NCBI GenBank assembly: GCA_017499595.2
Contig: CM039004.1
Span: 1,674,001 to 1,738,000, forward strand
Direction of reading: 5' to 3'
Origin: Psilocybe cubensis
Taxonomy: Eukaryota
Length of the DNA stretch: 64,000 nucleotides
Positions 14,163 through 27,000 of this stretch are shown one piece after another (the first letter of the stretch is position 1; each line of letters opens with the position of its first letter). A model generated the notes under the pieces. That model searched no databases. It was not told where the DNA came from and worked only from the letters and a program-made list of their open reading frames with translations. The position numbers and the translations under genes are program-made.

Positions 14163-14784
14163 ATGTCGAAGCACCATCCAGGTATATTGTGTTACCTTTT
14201 GCAATGAGATTGAACTTTCATTTTCCTAGATTTGATAATGTGCCGTAGGCAACCTGGCGTTGGTGGGTGTACAGCAATAAGTTAACCTGGTTTGCATATA
14301 TCTAATTCTCTCAAACCGCAGCGATAGGGCGTCTTTGTGAAAAGGACGACGGCAAATGGTACGTTAACCTTGGACAGTAACGTGTTAAGGTTGTCACTGA
14401 TTTTCGCCCTGCAAGTCCTGTATGCGACTCATATGTTAGACCAGAGACTCTGGTCCGCATATGCGATGAATGCAATTTTGGTACTTATGGAGGGCGGTGT
14501 ATCATCTGCGGCGGGCCTGGCAAGATCTATAACCATCTATACTCTGTTCACTGGTCACTGAGTATTTTTGGCTCACAGGTATCTCGGACGCATACTATTG
14601 TGCTGAATGCACAAGGTTAGAAAAGGATAGAGATGGCTGTCCCAAAATCGTAAATTTAGGGGCCAGTCGTACGGATCTGTTCTACGAGCGACGTCGACTT
14701 GGAACCAGTGCGTACTGGGTCCTTCTAATCTAATACGTTTTCATTTATCTTTACTGACACTCATTAGATTTTAAGAAAGGTTAG
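14163..14784 (+). CDS. RDS3: SF3b spliceosome subunit Rds3/PHF5A, copy A (C26D variant)
   Basis: Six exons splice to [112 protein letters not shown]. This needs one GC-AG intron at 14520-14578. Confidence 0.9.
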
Positions 14785-15210
14785 GGACTTGGTCATCTGG
14801 CCTAGAAAGGACCAGGGTTTTGAAGGACTGAGAACATTTCTTTCAATCTATGTCACTGGACTAGAAGGATTTCATCATTTCATGCGCACTATCCCTTTGT
14901 CCGCGAGTGTAGTTTGCAAATTCGACGTGGTAACGATATCACAGCGTTAGCTCAGGAAGATAACAGAATGTTTTCGCACTTTTATGTTGTTTGTGCTTGA
15001 GAGTTTTTTATTCAATTCTTGTCAGTATCTTGATTTCTTTTCCTTTTACCCCCTTTTTCCTACGTGTGGTTGACGTCACTGTTTGGTGAGTAAAAACTCT
15101 TGGCGGTATCACCAAATATAGCAAAGGCGCGTTGATGACAAAGACAAAATAGTAATTGAACCAAGTTGTGATCTATCAACTACTTTTGTCGTCTTTCCAC
15201 ATCCTTCACA

Positions 15211-15806
15211 ATGTCGAAACACCATCCCGGTACGTCTTACTATAGTTATAAAATGAATGCAACTGTTGACACTGGAATCTACTGTAGATTTGATAATGTG
15301 CCGCAGGCAGCCAGGAATTGGTGGGTGGATATGTGCTGTTCATATGCCAGTAAGCTAATTTCTCATGTAGCTATTGGTCGTCTTTGTGAAAAGTGTGATG
15401 GGAAATGGTGAGTAGATACTGATTAAATACCATCAAATATTCTTAAGTATATTTGATAGCCCTGTATGTGATTCATATGTTCGGCCAGAGACTTTGGTAC
15501 GAATTTGTGATGAATGCAATTTCGGTACATACGGAGGGCGCTGCATCATCTGCGGCTCACCAGGTACGCCAACAGTACAAACCCCTCTGAACTACGATGA
15601 TGATGATTTTTCTTAGGTATTTCGGATGCGTACTACTGTGCCGAATGTACGAGACTGGAAAAGGATCGTGATGGATGTCCCAAAATCGTGAATCTAGGAG
15701 CAAGTCGGACAGATCTGTTCTATGAGCGGCGTAGATTAGGTGCGTCCTTTCTCGATATTGATCGAAAAACATAGCTCATGTTTTTCCAGGGTTCAAGAAA
15801 GGGTAG
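15211..15806 (+). CDS. RDS3: SF3b spliceosome subunit Rds3/PHF5A, copy B (canonical)
   Basis: Six exons splice to [110 protein letters not shown]. Confidence 0.95.
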
Positions 15807-15939
15807 ATACGTTACGCAAACTCATTGCTCAAAGCATCTCTGCCAATTTGTGCTCCGTATCATATCATTATATTCATACAGCAACTTCTCGCTCTCCGTG
15901 AAGGATACATGAAATGAAGGTACATATTACATAGATATA

Positions 15940-18900
15940 TCATCGATATACGGGATGCGCAAGGACAGGCGGGCTTCCTTCTTGACTGTCAAGATTGGCG
16001 AAGTTCCTGTTCAAGTAACAGTCAGCGGATATAGTAGCCCAGGCAAATTCAATGCTTACTTGAACAACGCCATGTCAACCTACGCACAAGATGAGCGGTT
16101 AAATAAGGAAAGCAATTCAAAAGATATATACTCACGGGAGCCTTCAGAACAAGGAAAACGTGGGTATCATCGTGGGTATCCACCCCTTCGCAGTTGTCGC
16201 ACAGATCGCGAGCGCAATATGCGCAACGGAACCACTCCCCTTCGATACAGGTCATGCAGCGATCACAAATCGCAGAGGGATGTACCAAAGATGCAAGATA
16301 AGCTATCAAGTGCGAACCAAAGTTCAGCAAGGTATAAAATTAAGGTGTAAGTGCGAACGAACCTCTTGGGTCATTAGTTTTAGGTATGTTTGGTGGTGGT
16401 CCCGCTGGCATCTTGTATCTGAAAGAAATACATGTATATCAACCTTGATGATTTTTTTACGGACGTAGAACTTACAGTGGAGGTAGCATTGGAAAAGCGG
16501 ATTGAATAGGGCGAAGAACTGGTCTGGGTAGTTTAAAGAAGATGTGCATCGGGTCATGTATGATATAGGAACGTTTTTCACATTCGGAGCACTGCGCATC
16601 CATTAACTTTAGCTGAATAGAACACAATAAAACACCTTACGAGACTGTACGGCGACGTTAGTGATGGGCAGTGTGCGCATTGGTACCGTACACCAACGAT
16701 CAGCTGAAACCCAATATGTGAGTTAACATAACGCTCGAATAAGGTGAATACTTACATGACCGCAGCCGTTGCAGAACAAACGGTGGTCGTTATGCGAGGA
16801 TTCCCGTGACCCAGAACCGATCATTGTATGTGCATAAGAAGAGATTTCTGATTCTGCTTTAGATCCTGGGAAAGACTGGCCGACATTTGGCCCGTCTCTT
16901 CTCCATAGGTGTAATGCTCTACGGCTAGCATTCTGCAGCTATAAGTACACCAATTATTAGAAACACTGATCATGAATTTCGCATTCTTTCCCTCACCTCA
17001 GCCGTTTCCAGCGGATAAGGTATCTACAACATTTCCTCTGAGATGAGTAAATGGTGGCTTCAAAGACTTGATGAGAGCATCACCTTGATTAAAATATGTG
17101 AAGAATTATGGCCTCCATCTGCAGAGTCTAAATTGCCAGGCAGACCAGCTGATTCGCAATTGGAGCAAATATCTATAGAATCACATATTGCACAATGGAA
17201 CCGTGCTCCGACGATATCAAGCAGGCAGCTGGTAATTGTGAGATATCGCAAAGTACATGAAGCAATTTAACTCACTGTGCACATTTGACACCAGGGTGGG
17301 TTAGAGCTAAGTGAATGAACAATAACCGATCGTAAGAAAACCTAGACACTAGAAGGAGGATACTCACATAGTTCCTCATGAGAATCAGGTAATTCAATTG
17401 AAGGGAAATCAGACCCATCCAGATTTTCCAAAGGCTTGTCGGGCACGATTAGGAAAGCGTGTGACGGGTGTAATTCGTGAACTTGGCTGAGAAAGTCACT
17501 CTGATTCAATCACGGCGTTTTGGGTAATTGAAGGGCTGCGAAAACTGACCTATAACATGCCCGGCATAGGTGCATCTTCGTACAGGAGGCACATTTATAC
17601 CTCTTGTGCTCCGTGACGGCATTACAAGTCGAGCACTCCGACACTTGCGCCTCATCCAGAACTTCAAAACAACATACTGAGACTAACTTTAGAGTGAATT
17701 AACCAGATCAGACATACCAACGTCTTCCCATCCAAGATGACCCCAAACTTTTTCCTGGAACGCATGGCGTAGCTGTCCCTTTTTCGGTGCCGCTCTCCTC
17801 CATTGTGATGCTCTCTGTGCATCATCATGCGACGGTGACATATTACTGACGACGGGAGATGACCCAGGGGCGGCCAGCCCGGATTCAACGGCGTGATAGA
17901 TACCCACCGATTCAAGACAGGCCGAGCATAACTCATATCCGGGCGAACTGACCGCCGTGGGCGACGTCGGCGGGACATTCAGGCGCGTCCTGTCCGTATA
18001 CACGGACGACGCCGGGGGGATCGAAGGCAGGGGTTTGTATCGCTGGGTATCATAGTCCGAGCTGCCCACGTAGGTCTGCGACGAACTCGAATTGGGACTC
18101 GAGAAGAGGGGGTGTGTCGGCTGCACGGGCGGGTATGTGTACATAGTAATCGGAGATGATTCTGTCGCCCTGTCTTTGCCTTTCTCAGAGGTACTTTCAC
18201 CCACCGCAGTTTTTGGGCCGCAAGTCGAGCAGACGTATCTGATGGCGTCCAAGATCGACCCGCAGTTCGAGCAGTCGGTGAGTATGTCTGGTGACGGACC
18301 AGCAATGGGTAAGAAAGGCAAAAGTTCCTTGTCTATGGTGTGGGGGAACCCATTTGTCGCTTCAAGCTCTTCGGCTATAGACATGGGATGTCGCTCGCCA
18401 CGACTTAGTTTCTTGGTTGTATCGACCCTTTGCGAAGCAAGCCAATTGAGTTGCATCGAGGTAGGTCTGTTGTCACGCATGACGCTTCGCACATATGCAT
18501 CCCCTTCGTTGCCGTTCTGAGCGTCGTCGTCGGCGCCAGAGCCTTGGAATTGTGAAGACGATCCAGATGTATAAGTGTAGTAATATTTGCCGCTGGGATC
18601 CCGTTGTAGTGCTAGATCTCCTCCCAATGAATCTTCCTCTTCCTCCGGTTGTGAGCCACCTAGTGAGAACGAGAAGTCATCGGACACAGAAGGTTCTGGG
18701 AGGGCCCCCAACATGGAGCGTATCACCCTTTCATTCTGGTCTCGCAACCACGCAGCCCCTCGTTCGCTTGCACCCAACGAGTCGTAGTTTACACTGGAAG
18801 CATCGTCTTCAGCAAGCTTGAGGCGCTCGAATACTGCAGATGGATCCAATGGATACCGCTCCTCTGCTGCCTCCAACTGAATGTCTTGTGTCAACGAGCT

Positions 18901-19610
18901 CTCAGTACGATTCAATGTCGATGGAATTCGCGAGGAGCCGGATTGACCATTTACTGGGCGATCACCTCCCTTCACCGATGTATGCGGATTATCGGAACCC
19001 ATGAAGCTCTTTTGTTTTGGAATTTGTGGAAGGGCTCGAGAAGGCGCCCCTGACCTCCCTGAGCGCGCTGAAGACGTCCCTGGATCCCTTGAGCTAACAG
19101 TAACCGAGTCATCGTCTAGATCAATAGTCGGTGTGCCAAATGAGAACGATTGTTGACTCGCATTCTTCCCCTTGAACTCCTCCAAACTTGCCAAGGACGA
19201 TGTATCAGAAAGACTGGGTCCATCATACTCCACAGTAATAGTGACCCTCAAAGTGATCTTGCGTGCTCCAAAGCTTCTACCAGATAGTATAGAGGCGGCG
19301 GATGACATCGGTGCGTCGTCCCCAGCTTGGAAGAACTGGATGGCCTCCAAAAGATCTTCATCCGTTGTGATAGATGTGATTTCTCCATCGTCGTCTTTCC
19401 AAGAGACAAGGTACGACGTCGCGTAAAGCGAGAAACATTGTTCTACCTTTAATCGATTGTCAATAGCTTTCTACTGGGTAATGTAATGGAACGCACCTTT
19501 CTTCGAAGTAGATCATATGAGCAATTACGCGCAGAGCTAAAAGTAATCCGTTTATGCCATTTGTCGAATGTGCATTTGACGATAAGCGGTCTGTCAGGGG
19601 GATGGTACAT
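15940..19610 (-). CDS. PB1 domain + multiple ZZ-type zinc finger protein (NBR1/p62-like architecture)
   Basis: The N-terminus MYHPPDRPLIVKCTF...KRITF...VSWKDDDGEITSITTDEDLLEA is PB1-like with an OPCA acidic motif. The C-terminal half has repeated CxxC...RY/FxCxxC...LCxxC...H...H units. Stop TGA at 15940-15942. Confidence 0.85.
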
Positions 19611-19889
19611 GTGTTAGCGTAAGATCACAAAGAAGTAGGGGGTCGAAGGAGGTCAATAAGCTTGTACAACAGCGCGGAACATGTTACTAATAGGAAACCT
19701 GGGCTGTGAACACTTCATGGATCCTCCGCAGCAATATGTGATCGATCGGTCAGCGAATCAAATTCTACCTCTAATTCCTTCAACACGTGGCTCTTCACAG
19801 GACACTTGACTCTCGACCTTGACTCTGAAAACGGGTTAACAGTACTAGTGTTCGCTCGAAACAAACTTACTTTCGCTGTGTTCTATGAT

Positions 19890-21060
19890 ATGCCCCCTGA
19901 AATGATTGACATCGATTGTCCCTCTGCTCGCCGCGCAAAATTATACATCGACCTTCTTCAATCGGTGGCTTTAGAAGATTCCTCAAGTTTGCAGGTAACC
20001 GTTCGAATGAGCCGCGTTTTCTGACTATTGACAACATCCTAGGACGTCATCTCCAATATCTCACTTGGCTCTGTCATGAACCTTGAACTTCACGACTCTG
20101 AATCTACTATGCTGCCTGCAGTTGTTGACTCTCATGGGACCACCAATATTTTGACCAAAGAAGACATGCTTAGATATGGATCCCCATCGCGTCATTTGGT
20201 ATTACCCTATCACCCTCACTCTAACACGATGTCCTCACTGTTGACACTTGTCGCCTGCTCAGCTGAACGGAACAACCCAACAATTATTACTAACCGAACT
20301 TCGTAGAATCCTAATGTCGATAACGGACCTCTTTTACCTAGGTTCTAGGGAATATTCTTTGAAATGCTTGTATCTGATCAGCAAAGTGTGAACAGATACT
20401 GATGAAGGCCGCCCGCCCAGTGACACAGTGATGGCTATGGCCCAATCTCTTCCTGAAGCCATCAGGCTAACGAAGGATCAAATAGAATCCTTGAACCAAG
20501 AAGTCAAGGTCCTATCCTATGACTTGATAAACCTGATGGCTGAGGCTGCCGATGTCAGTTTTTCTGTGCGTTCAAACAGTACTGATTCAGATGATCTCCT
20601 ATAGAAGAGCAAGGAGCTCGATAATGAATTGTGTAGGGCAACATCCTTAGTTTTTCCTCATTACCACGCGGCTCGAACGGCATCTATCGACTTGCTTGCG
20701 GCTGGGATAGAGGCCTCTCTTATCAAATTGTCTTTAACGAAAGAACGTTCGGAACGCTCAATCTACAATTACCAGTCAGGTCCGAACAGGACCGCAGAAA
20801 GAAACACTGTAACACATGCGATTGAAAGGGCTTTTCGTGCACTCAAAGATGATGAAAATGAAATGGATGCAGAAATACGCTCCTTGGACAGCCAACTAGC
20901 AGAATATGAGACTTTGCTGAATCTTGTAGACGGCGGGCACGGTGGATATCAACAAGTCATAGATGATTGGACGAAAATAAAGCAAGACACGGACGAGTGT
21001 TTGAAGGACCTTAGGCGCCTCGGTTGGACTGAAGATACCTGTATCACATTCTCCAAGTGA
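19890..21060 (+). CDS. Coiled-coil hypothetical protein, possibly augmin subunit HAUS4-like
   Basis: Five exons join in frame through GT-AG introns. The last exon is LIKLSLTKERSERSIY...LDSQLAEYETL...GGYQQVIDDWTKIKQDTDECLKDLRRL. The family call is by-eye resemblance only. Confidence 0.7.
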
Positions 21061-24000
21061 TTGTTCACACCATGCACTGGAACTTTAAACTTTTCTGAAT
21101 TCCGATTAATGTATTTTGCAAGTTCATTTTCCCTTTTTCCGGCCAAAATATGGAAAATCAGGCGGTACATGGTTTGAAATGAAACCACTGTCATGGATTG
21201 AATAAAATTCAATAGTACCGTCAAATACAAACCAGTGACTGTCATCTTCTATCGTCGTATCTCATAACTCTATATTTACTCCGTATTGCTCAATGATGTC
21301 GAATTCAAAAATTTTTGTCGACGATTTGTAGCGCACCAATCGGTGGTGCTAATTCTACATGTGGCCAATTGCTTTATGTATCACTACTAATTTACAGTCA
21401 TAAATGCGACTCACCAGACACCTAACCTATTTGACTCTGTTAGCACACTAATTGGTATAACCCAACTTGAAGGAGCAACGGTGTTTCCCAATTACCACAA
21501 TGGAACGTGCGCTTAAAGTATTTAAGCGCTCATAGACAAATGTTGTCTGTCACGGCGCCTCCTGTCTTAAAAGTACAGTACATTTCTTCATAGTAAAATT
21601 TCATCTATGAGAGAGAGCAAACTAAGATTAAGGTTTGTATGGAATAATTTTACATTTCCACCTTTGCGAAATGACGATGTTCAAGCGGTTTGTGGCGTAT
21701 GAACCTATATGCAAGTATGAAGAGAATGTTTTACACCGAATTTCCCAATTCATATACTGTCGTTAAGCGTAATAAATTCTGGAAAAGCTGTCAGACTCAG
21801 ATTACATCGGTTCTTCATTCGTATTTAAACTAGGACTAGTTAAATTAAAAGGTTGTCGAACCGACGCATTTAGGATGCCATAAGTTCTGAGTCCTACAAA
21901 TTGGAATTATAAAACATCAGGTGAGTTTAATATATGAATCATGAGCGGTACCAACTCTTATCACGCTGTGAATGGACGTCCTCCTTGTCTAAGGATGAAT
22001 CAGTCCATACCTTGCACTTCGGGGACAAGAATGCCGGCATACATATTTTGATCCGTATTTCCAAATAAAGCAATCCTTTGATGATCAACAACTTCCCCTT
22101 ATTCCAAACCGCGTCACGCGTTCTGCACAGCTCACCACCTAACCACACCCTTCCTGACTGTCTTTTTCACCAACGACATCATGCCTACTTGCATTTTCTT
22201 CTGACACGTGGACACGGCTATTTGCAGTAAAGAACTTGTCTAGCCCGAGGTACAGGAACAACGACAGACTTGAAGGTGGACCACTGGCAAGTGTAGACAG
22301 CGGCGACTAAACGACATGACACTAGTTGGAAGCTGCGTTGTAGTATCTAGGGCGAGCCAGCATTATCTCAACGACCCTGGATTGCGATTCATGCGGGTGA
22401 GGAAAGTTAAATTTAGTCGTTTTTTGCGGTTATAATGAGTAAGTATTAGCTGTTGAACATTTAAATTTGCAGGTCCATTCTACCGCGAGAAAATTTGTTC
22501 ACGAAACACCGGCAACCATATATTCATAGGTCATAGATGGCCGGTGAAAGATGTCTCTCCATTGTGGCTGTTGGTTGCGCCCCAGCGAAGTTGTTTATTG
22601 GTCGGTATTGCTAGAACCCTTGTCATCCTTTGGCTTTCTGGATATCTGCAGGCAAAGGCGAGAGCGTTCTGGGTATCATGGGATAAAGTCTTCGACATGC
22701 ATGTCAGACGCTGCAGCGCCCAGTAACCTTGTCAATCATCATCCGGTGAATAGATCACAGTTCATGACCATGTTTTTTTTTGGGTCTGGGGTCTGGCTGT
22801 CTGCTGCTTTTTGAGTTTGTTCCTAGGAACGGTACCGACTCTGTCCAACTCTGCGCCTCTAATAGCTCTTGAACATCTTGCTTGTTGCCTGTATCTCGCC
22901 CACCTCTTAATTCACTGGCCCTGTGGCGTAGCATTTGCGCTCTACATTCCCTTGATTTTGTCAAAGCACCGCTGTCAGCCCTGAGGTCGTGACAATGATG
23001 GCATTTCCGAATCTCAATTCTGTGGCCCAAACTATCATTTCCGAAGTTCTAGGACTAGTTTTTGACCTTGTTGCAATGGATCTTAATGGCTTCTTCTCGA
23101 CGGATATTTCTGGCATGTTACTGTGAGTTTGTATATGTGTCTCGTTGCACCACTGATTGGAGCTATTTCCTCGAACGGATCTTGCATTGACTGGAAAGAA
23201 TTTTATCATACCCCACGAACATTGCTCTAAGCTTCCAGGTGCCGACCCTTGTATGATGCCTTATCTCTGTGTCCGACGTCGTATGATTAACATCTGACGT
23301 TCGCTGGCAGCCGACCTTCCGCTCCTTGCCTCGTGCGATCGAGAATGTAAAATAGAGCGGTTCAACACATCGTTATCCTGGGTGATTGGACGTCGGAATA
23401 GTCCACACAACGAGCTGCCGTGGTGCGCCCAATCCCTTATGGGTGAATTTGTTATGGAAATAAACTTGCTCTACGGCACCAGCCTGCGCTAACCGCGGGA
23501 CGCTGCCTTTGATTATGCTCAATGTTATTGTGCAGTTTGCTCGATTATCTGTTTTATCTTGGGTTGGTTTTCCCCGTGTGGCAAAAACCATTGGAAGAGC
23601 TTGTCGGCGAATGCAAGATTTAGAAAGTAGCAGAATGCAATTTCAATGATGCTAGTTACCAGCATAAAATTGTATCAGAAAAGTACGAAATTTCAAATAA
23701 AAATCCGAGGTGATTGTATCCTCGAAGGTGTCGGCGAATGTACACCTATGGACGCATTTTTCGAGCCGTGTCGCATCTTATCATATCATATTGGTTGAGT
23801 GCCGGTGAATACCAATGGGCCAAATGTGATCGCGCTGATTTATGACAGAACCCCACACATATCAATTGAGTCTTGACTGGTATCGTAGCACCACACAACC
23901 CCACTAATAAAATAGCCTTTTTAGCGATCGGGTACTACTTGTGATCAAGGAGCCAAGGTAAAAATTAGATTATACATATATTACGGAGCAAAGGGCGGCC

Positions 24001-27000
24001 CTGCGAGTTGAGGTGAGCAAGCAATATTTGAAGAAGTCGGGTGCGCCGCACTGCGCAGCCGCTGTACACAAATGGGCACTGGCAGGGCAGGGGCCCACGC
24101 GCACCTCCGTTGGATACATCATTCCAGTTGCTCAGTCGTCACTATGCATTCAGATGGGTCTTACCTTTAAGAATAGCCAGCACGCACTGCACAGAGTCCA
24201 AAACTCGTATTGGCATCGACTATCAAACCCGACTCTACCGAGAGACCCATGAGAAGCAAGGCGTCGTCGGTGGCCCGGGACTTGTTTGAGAGCCTGGGGG
24301 TGACGCTTAACCTGCGCTTAACCACTCGAAGAAGCCAATCAGCGCAACCCGCTGATCCCGCTCGATGACTGATTGGACGACGCCCCAATATTATTCAATC
24401 CAGGCGGGTTTTCTCTTGGAAAATCCCGGCGGAGAGTGTATGGAATGAAAATAGCGTGCCAAGGACGCCTCTGCTCTGTCATTTACCTCGAGTACTGTCA
24501 GTGCCTTCGCTAGGAGAATACAGCGAAGACCAAGTTACCAGACATGACCCATGACGCCGCCAGCGAAGAACTTGAGAAGAGAAGAGTAGTACTTACTACT
24601 TGGGCATGTTCGTGAAACGGGTACTGTTCTTCCGCATTCGGGTGTTATGTACATAACCAGGCCCGTTAATGATGCTTCCCGTATTCAGACGCGCGTGACC
24701 TTTTTCTTAGGCGCGCGTTGGTAACTGGTTGGGTATGTATGACTCGGAAGCGCCGTTTCCAGTGTCCACCGACGCAGTGCCGCCCTACGTTTTGATATTA
24801 TCGGAAAATGTTGTTTTATAAAGACAACAAATATTTCTGAACCCATTGCACATTTTTTCATCTGCGCGAGGGCTGCGAGTATACTAGTAGTATTGGCAGT
24901 GGCTCCAACTCGAACGCGAACAGCCCAAAAAATTCAAAACTCGTTCCACCCGAATAGTCTAAGTCAGAGAAAGCATCACTGGCAATCCCGGTGTTTTACA
25001 TTACATTACACGTACCGTTAATTGTGCGTGTGTGCGATTTAAAAATATATTCAATTTTCAGGGTAGAGTAAATTGTAAAATCACTAAAATAAAAATGCAG
25101 AAATGCGGACATGCGCCCTTGTGCCCTTGCGTTTATGCGCTTATGCAGCGGCGGTGCTCCGACCAGCGAGGAACGTGGAGAACCCTGATTCCGAGCTCGA
25201 GAGCAGTATGTATGTATCATGAATCGTTTGCACGGGTACGCACCTATGTACAGCCGGGGCAGCGTAGTCTGTGCATAGTTATGTATAATTATAATGAATT
25301 GGCTTTTGACAGTGTTGCTGCCCCTGCGCCGCCGTCTGCGGGTCCTGTCCGCACTCGAGAACGTAGAACTCGAGGTCGAGAGCAGAGAGCACCAATTACG
25401 GCTTTCATAAAATGATGGAGTCGAAAAAGATTTAACAAAACATTGAATGATGATGATGGAAATAAAGTATAGATTCATCATGATATATGCACAATAAAGT
25501 TGACAATAAGGACTGAACTTCTCCAGTTCAGACAGACAATGGACTCACAATTGAACAATGAAGTTTGAACATATATTGTAGATCGAGAGAAGTTAGAACC
25601 GCAGTCATGCCATTGCGAATCATCGAGTAATAATGATAATGTTCCGTGGGCTGCGCGTTGTCATGGTAGCACGCATACACAAAGAGAGAAAGGAAAACGG
25701 AAAACGGTTAACAATTGCGCTTGGAGCCTTTTGTAAGTGTAACGTCAACCGTCAACGTTTCAATTTTTTCAACGGCGGCGGCGGCAATATACCTTATATT
25801 AATAAGCCTGCAGAGCGTGGGAGAATGGGAGTGCGCATTGTCCCATGTACTCTTCCCACGCACGCGATCGGAGTCACCGCGACTCAAGACTCGAGACAGA
25901 CAGACGCGCGCCGTGCCGTAAGATCGCAAAGCCTCGAGGCGCGTGTAAAAAAGGGAAGAGAACGTGTCTGTGACTCTGTATGTATGTTTGTATATTCTTG
26001 GCTTTGTTTCCACTCGATTCTCAAGAGAACCGCCGGAACGCGTGGTGCCAATGCGAGCGCGTCCTCGAGGCTCGAGGCGAGGTCGCTTCCGCAGGTGTCA
26101 TGGTTTCAGTCTTTCAAACCTCAGGCCTCAGAACGTGTGCGTTATGATTATTCCTGGCTCATCACTTTCACAAATTATCAATGTCAGTGAATATGTTTTT
26201 TTCTTCTTCTGTGATTTCCGTCGGTTTTACGCCTCGAGGAGGCCTGCCACCGATGGACCAGCTGGCGCCTGCAGGCTAATGCTGCTGCTGCTGCCCGATT
26301 GACCTGAGTCGATCACTGTTGCCATTGCTCATTGCTTGTTGCTCAGAGTCACAGTGAAACTCAATATCATACGAAGTTCGCGAGTCGCCGCTGGAGCCTG
26401 CCAGCGATATTACACCAGCTCGCTGGCTAGAAAAAAATAGGTTGAACTAATCCAAAGACCTTCCTGATCATGAATCCCCACACGAATCGAAATCGAAGGC
26501 CGGATAAACAAGCACCCACTCTATCCGGGAACCCTCAACTCTGGATGACCAGAATATATATATAAATTATAATTATAATATATGTATACCGAACGCCACC
26601 CAATCGTACTGTCTACACAGATGATGAGCGATCGCACCGCGTCAAAACTTTACCTTTAATCACGGTTTCGCTGTTGTGGAACCGAACACTCGCGTTCTCG
26701 TTCTTGAGTCTGGAGAGAGGAGGTTCTAGCGCGTTTACGCAATCTCGGAGAAAGTAGGGAAAAGCTACTGTTGTATTTATGGTGCTCAACACTAGGAACT
26801 CTAGAGTCCAAGTAACTAAAGCGCCTTTTGAAAAGCGAAAGAGGTCTAGACTGGAAAATTACGAATGGTAGAATTGTAAATTTATATTGTAGACTTGGGC
26901 TGTGGAGGTGGAGAGTTTGAGTCGGGAGGGGTTTGCTGTCATTGTATATAATTGTATGTATAGGTGTACGTTACAGTGATGGTGACACTATCAAGGGATT

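Noticed and set aside
22755-23209. Overlapping minus-strand ORFs (91 and 82 aa) in the desert
   Set aside because: They have no recognisable motif, no consistent splice model and no codon bias, and their length is compatible with chance.
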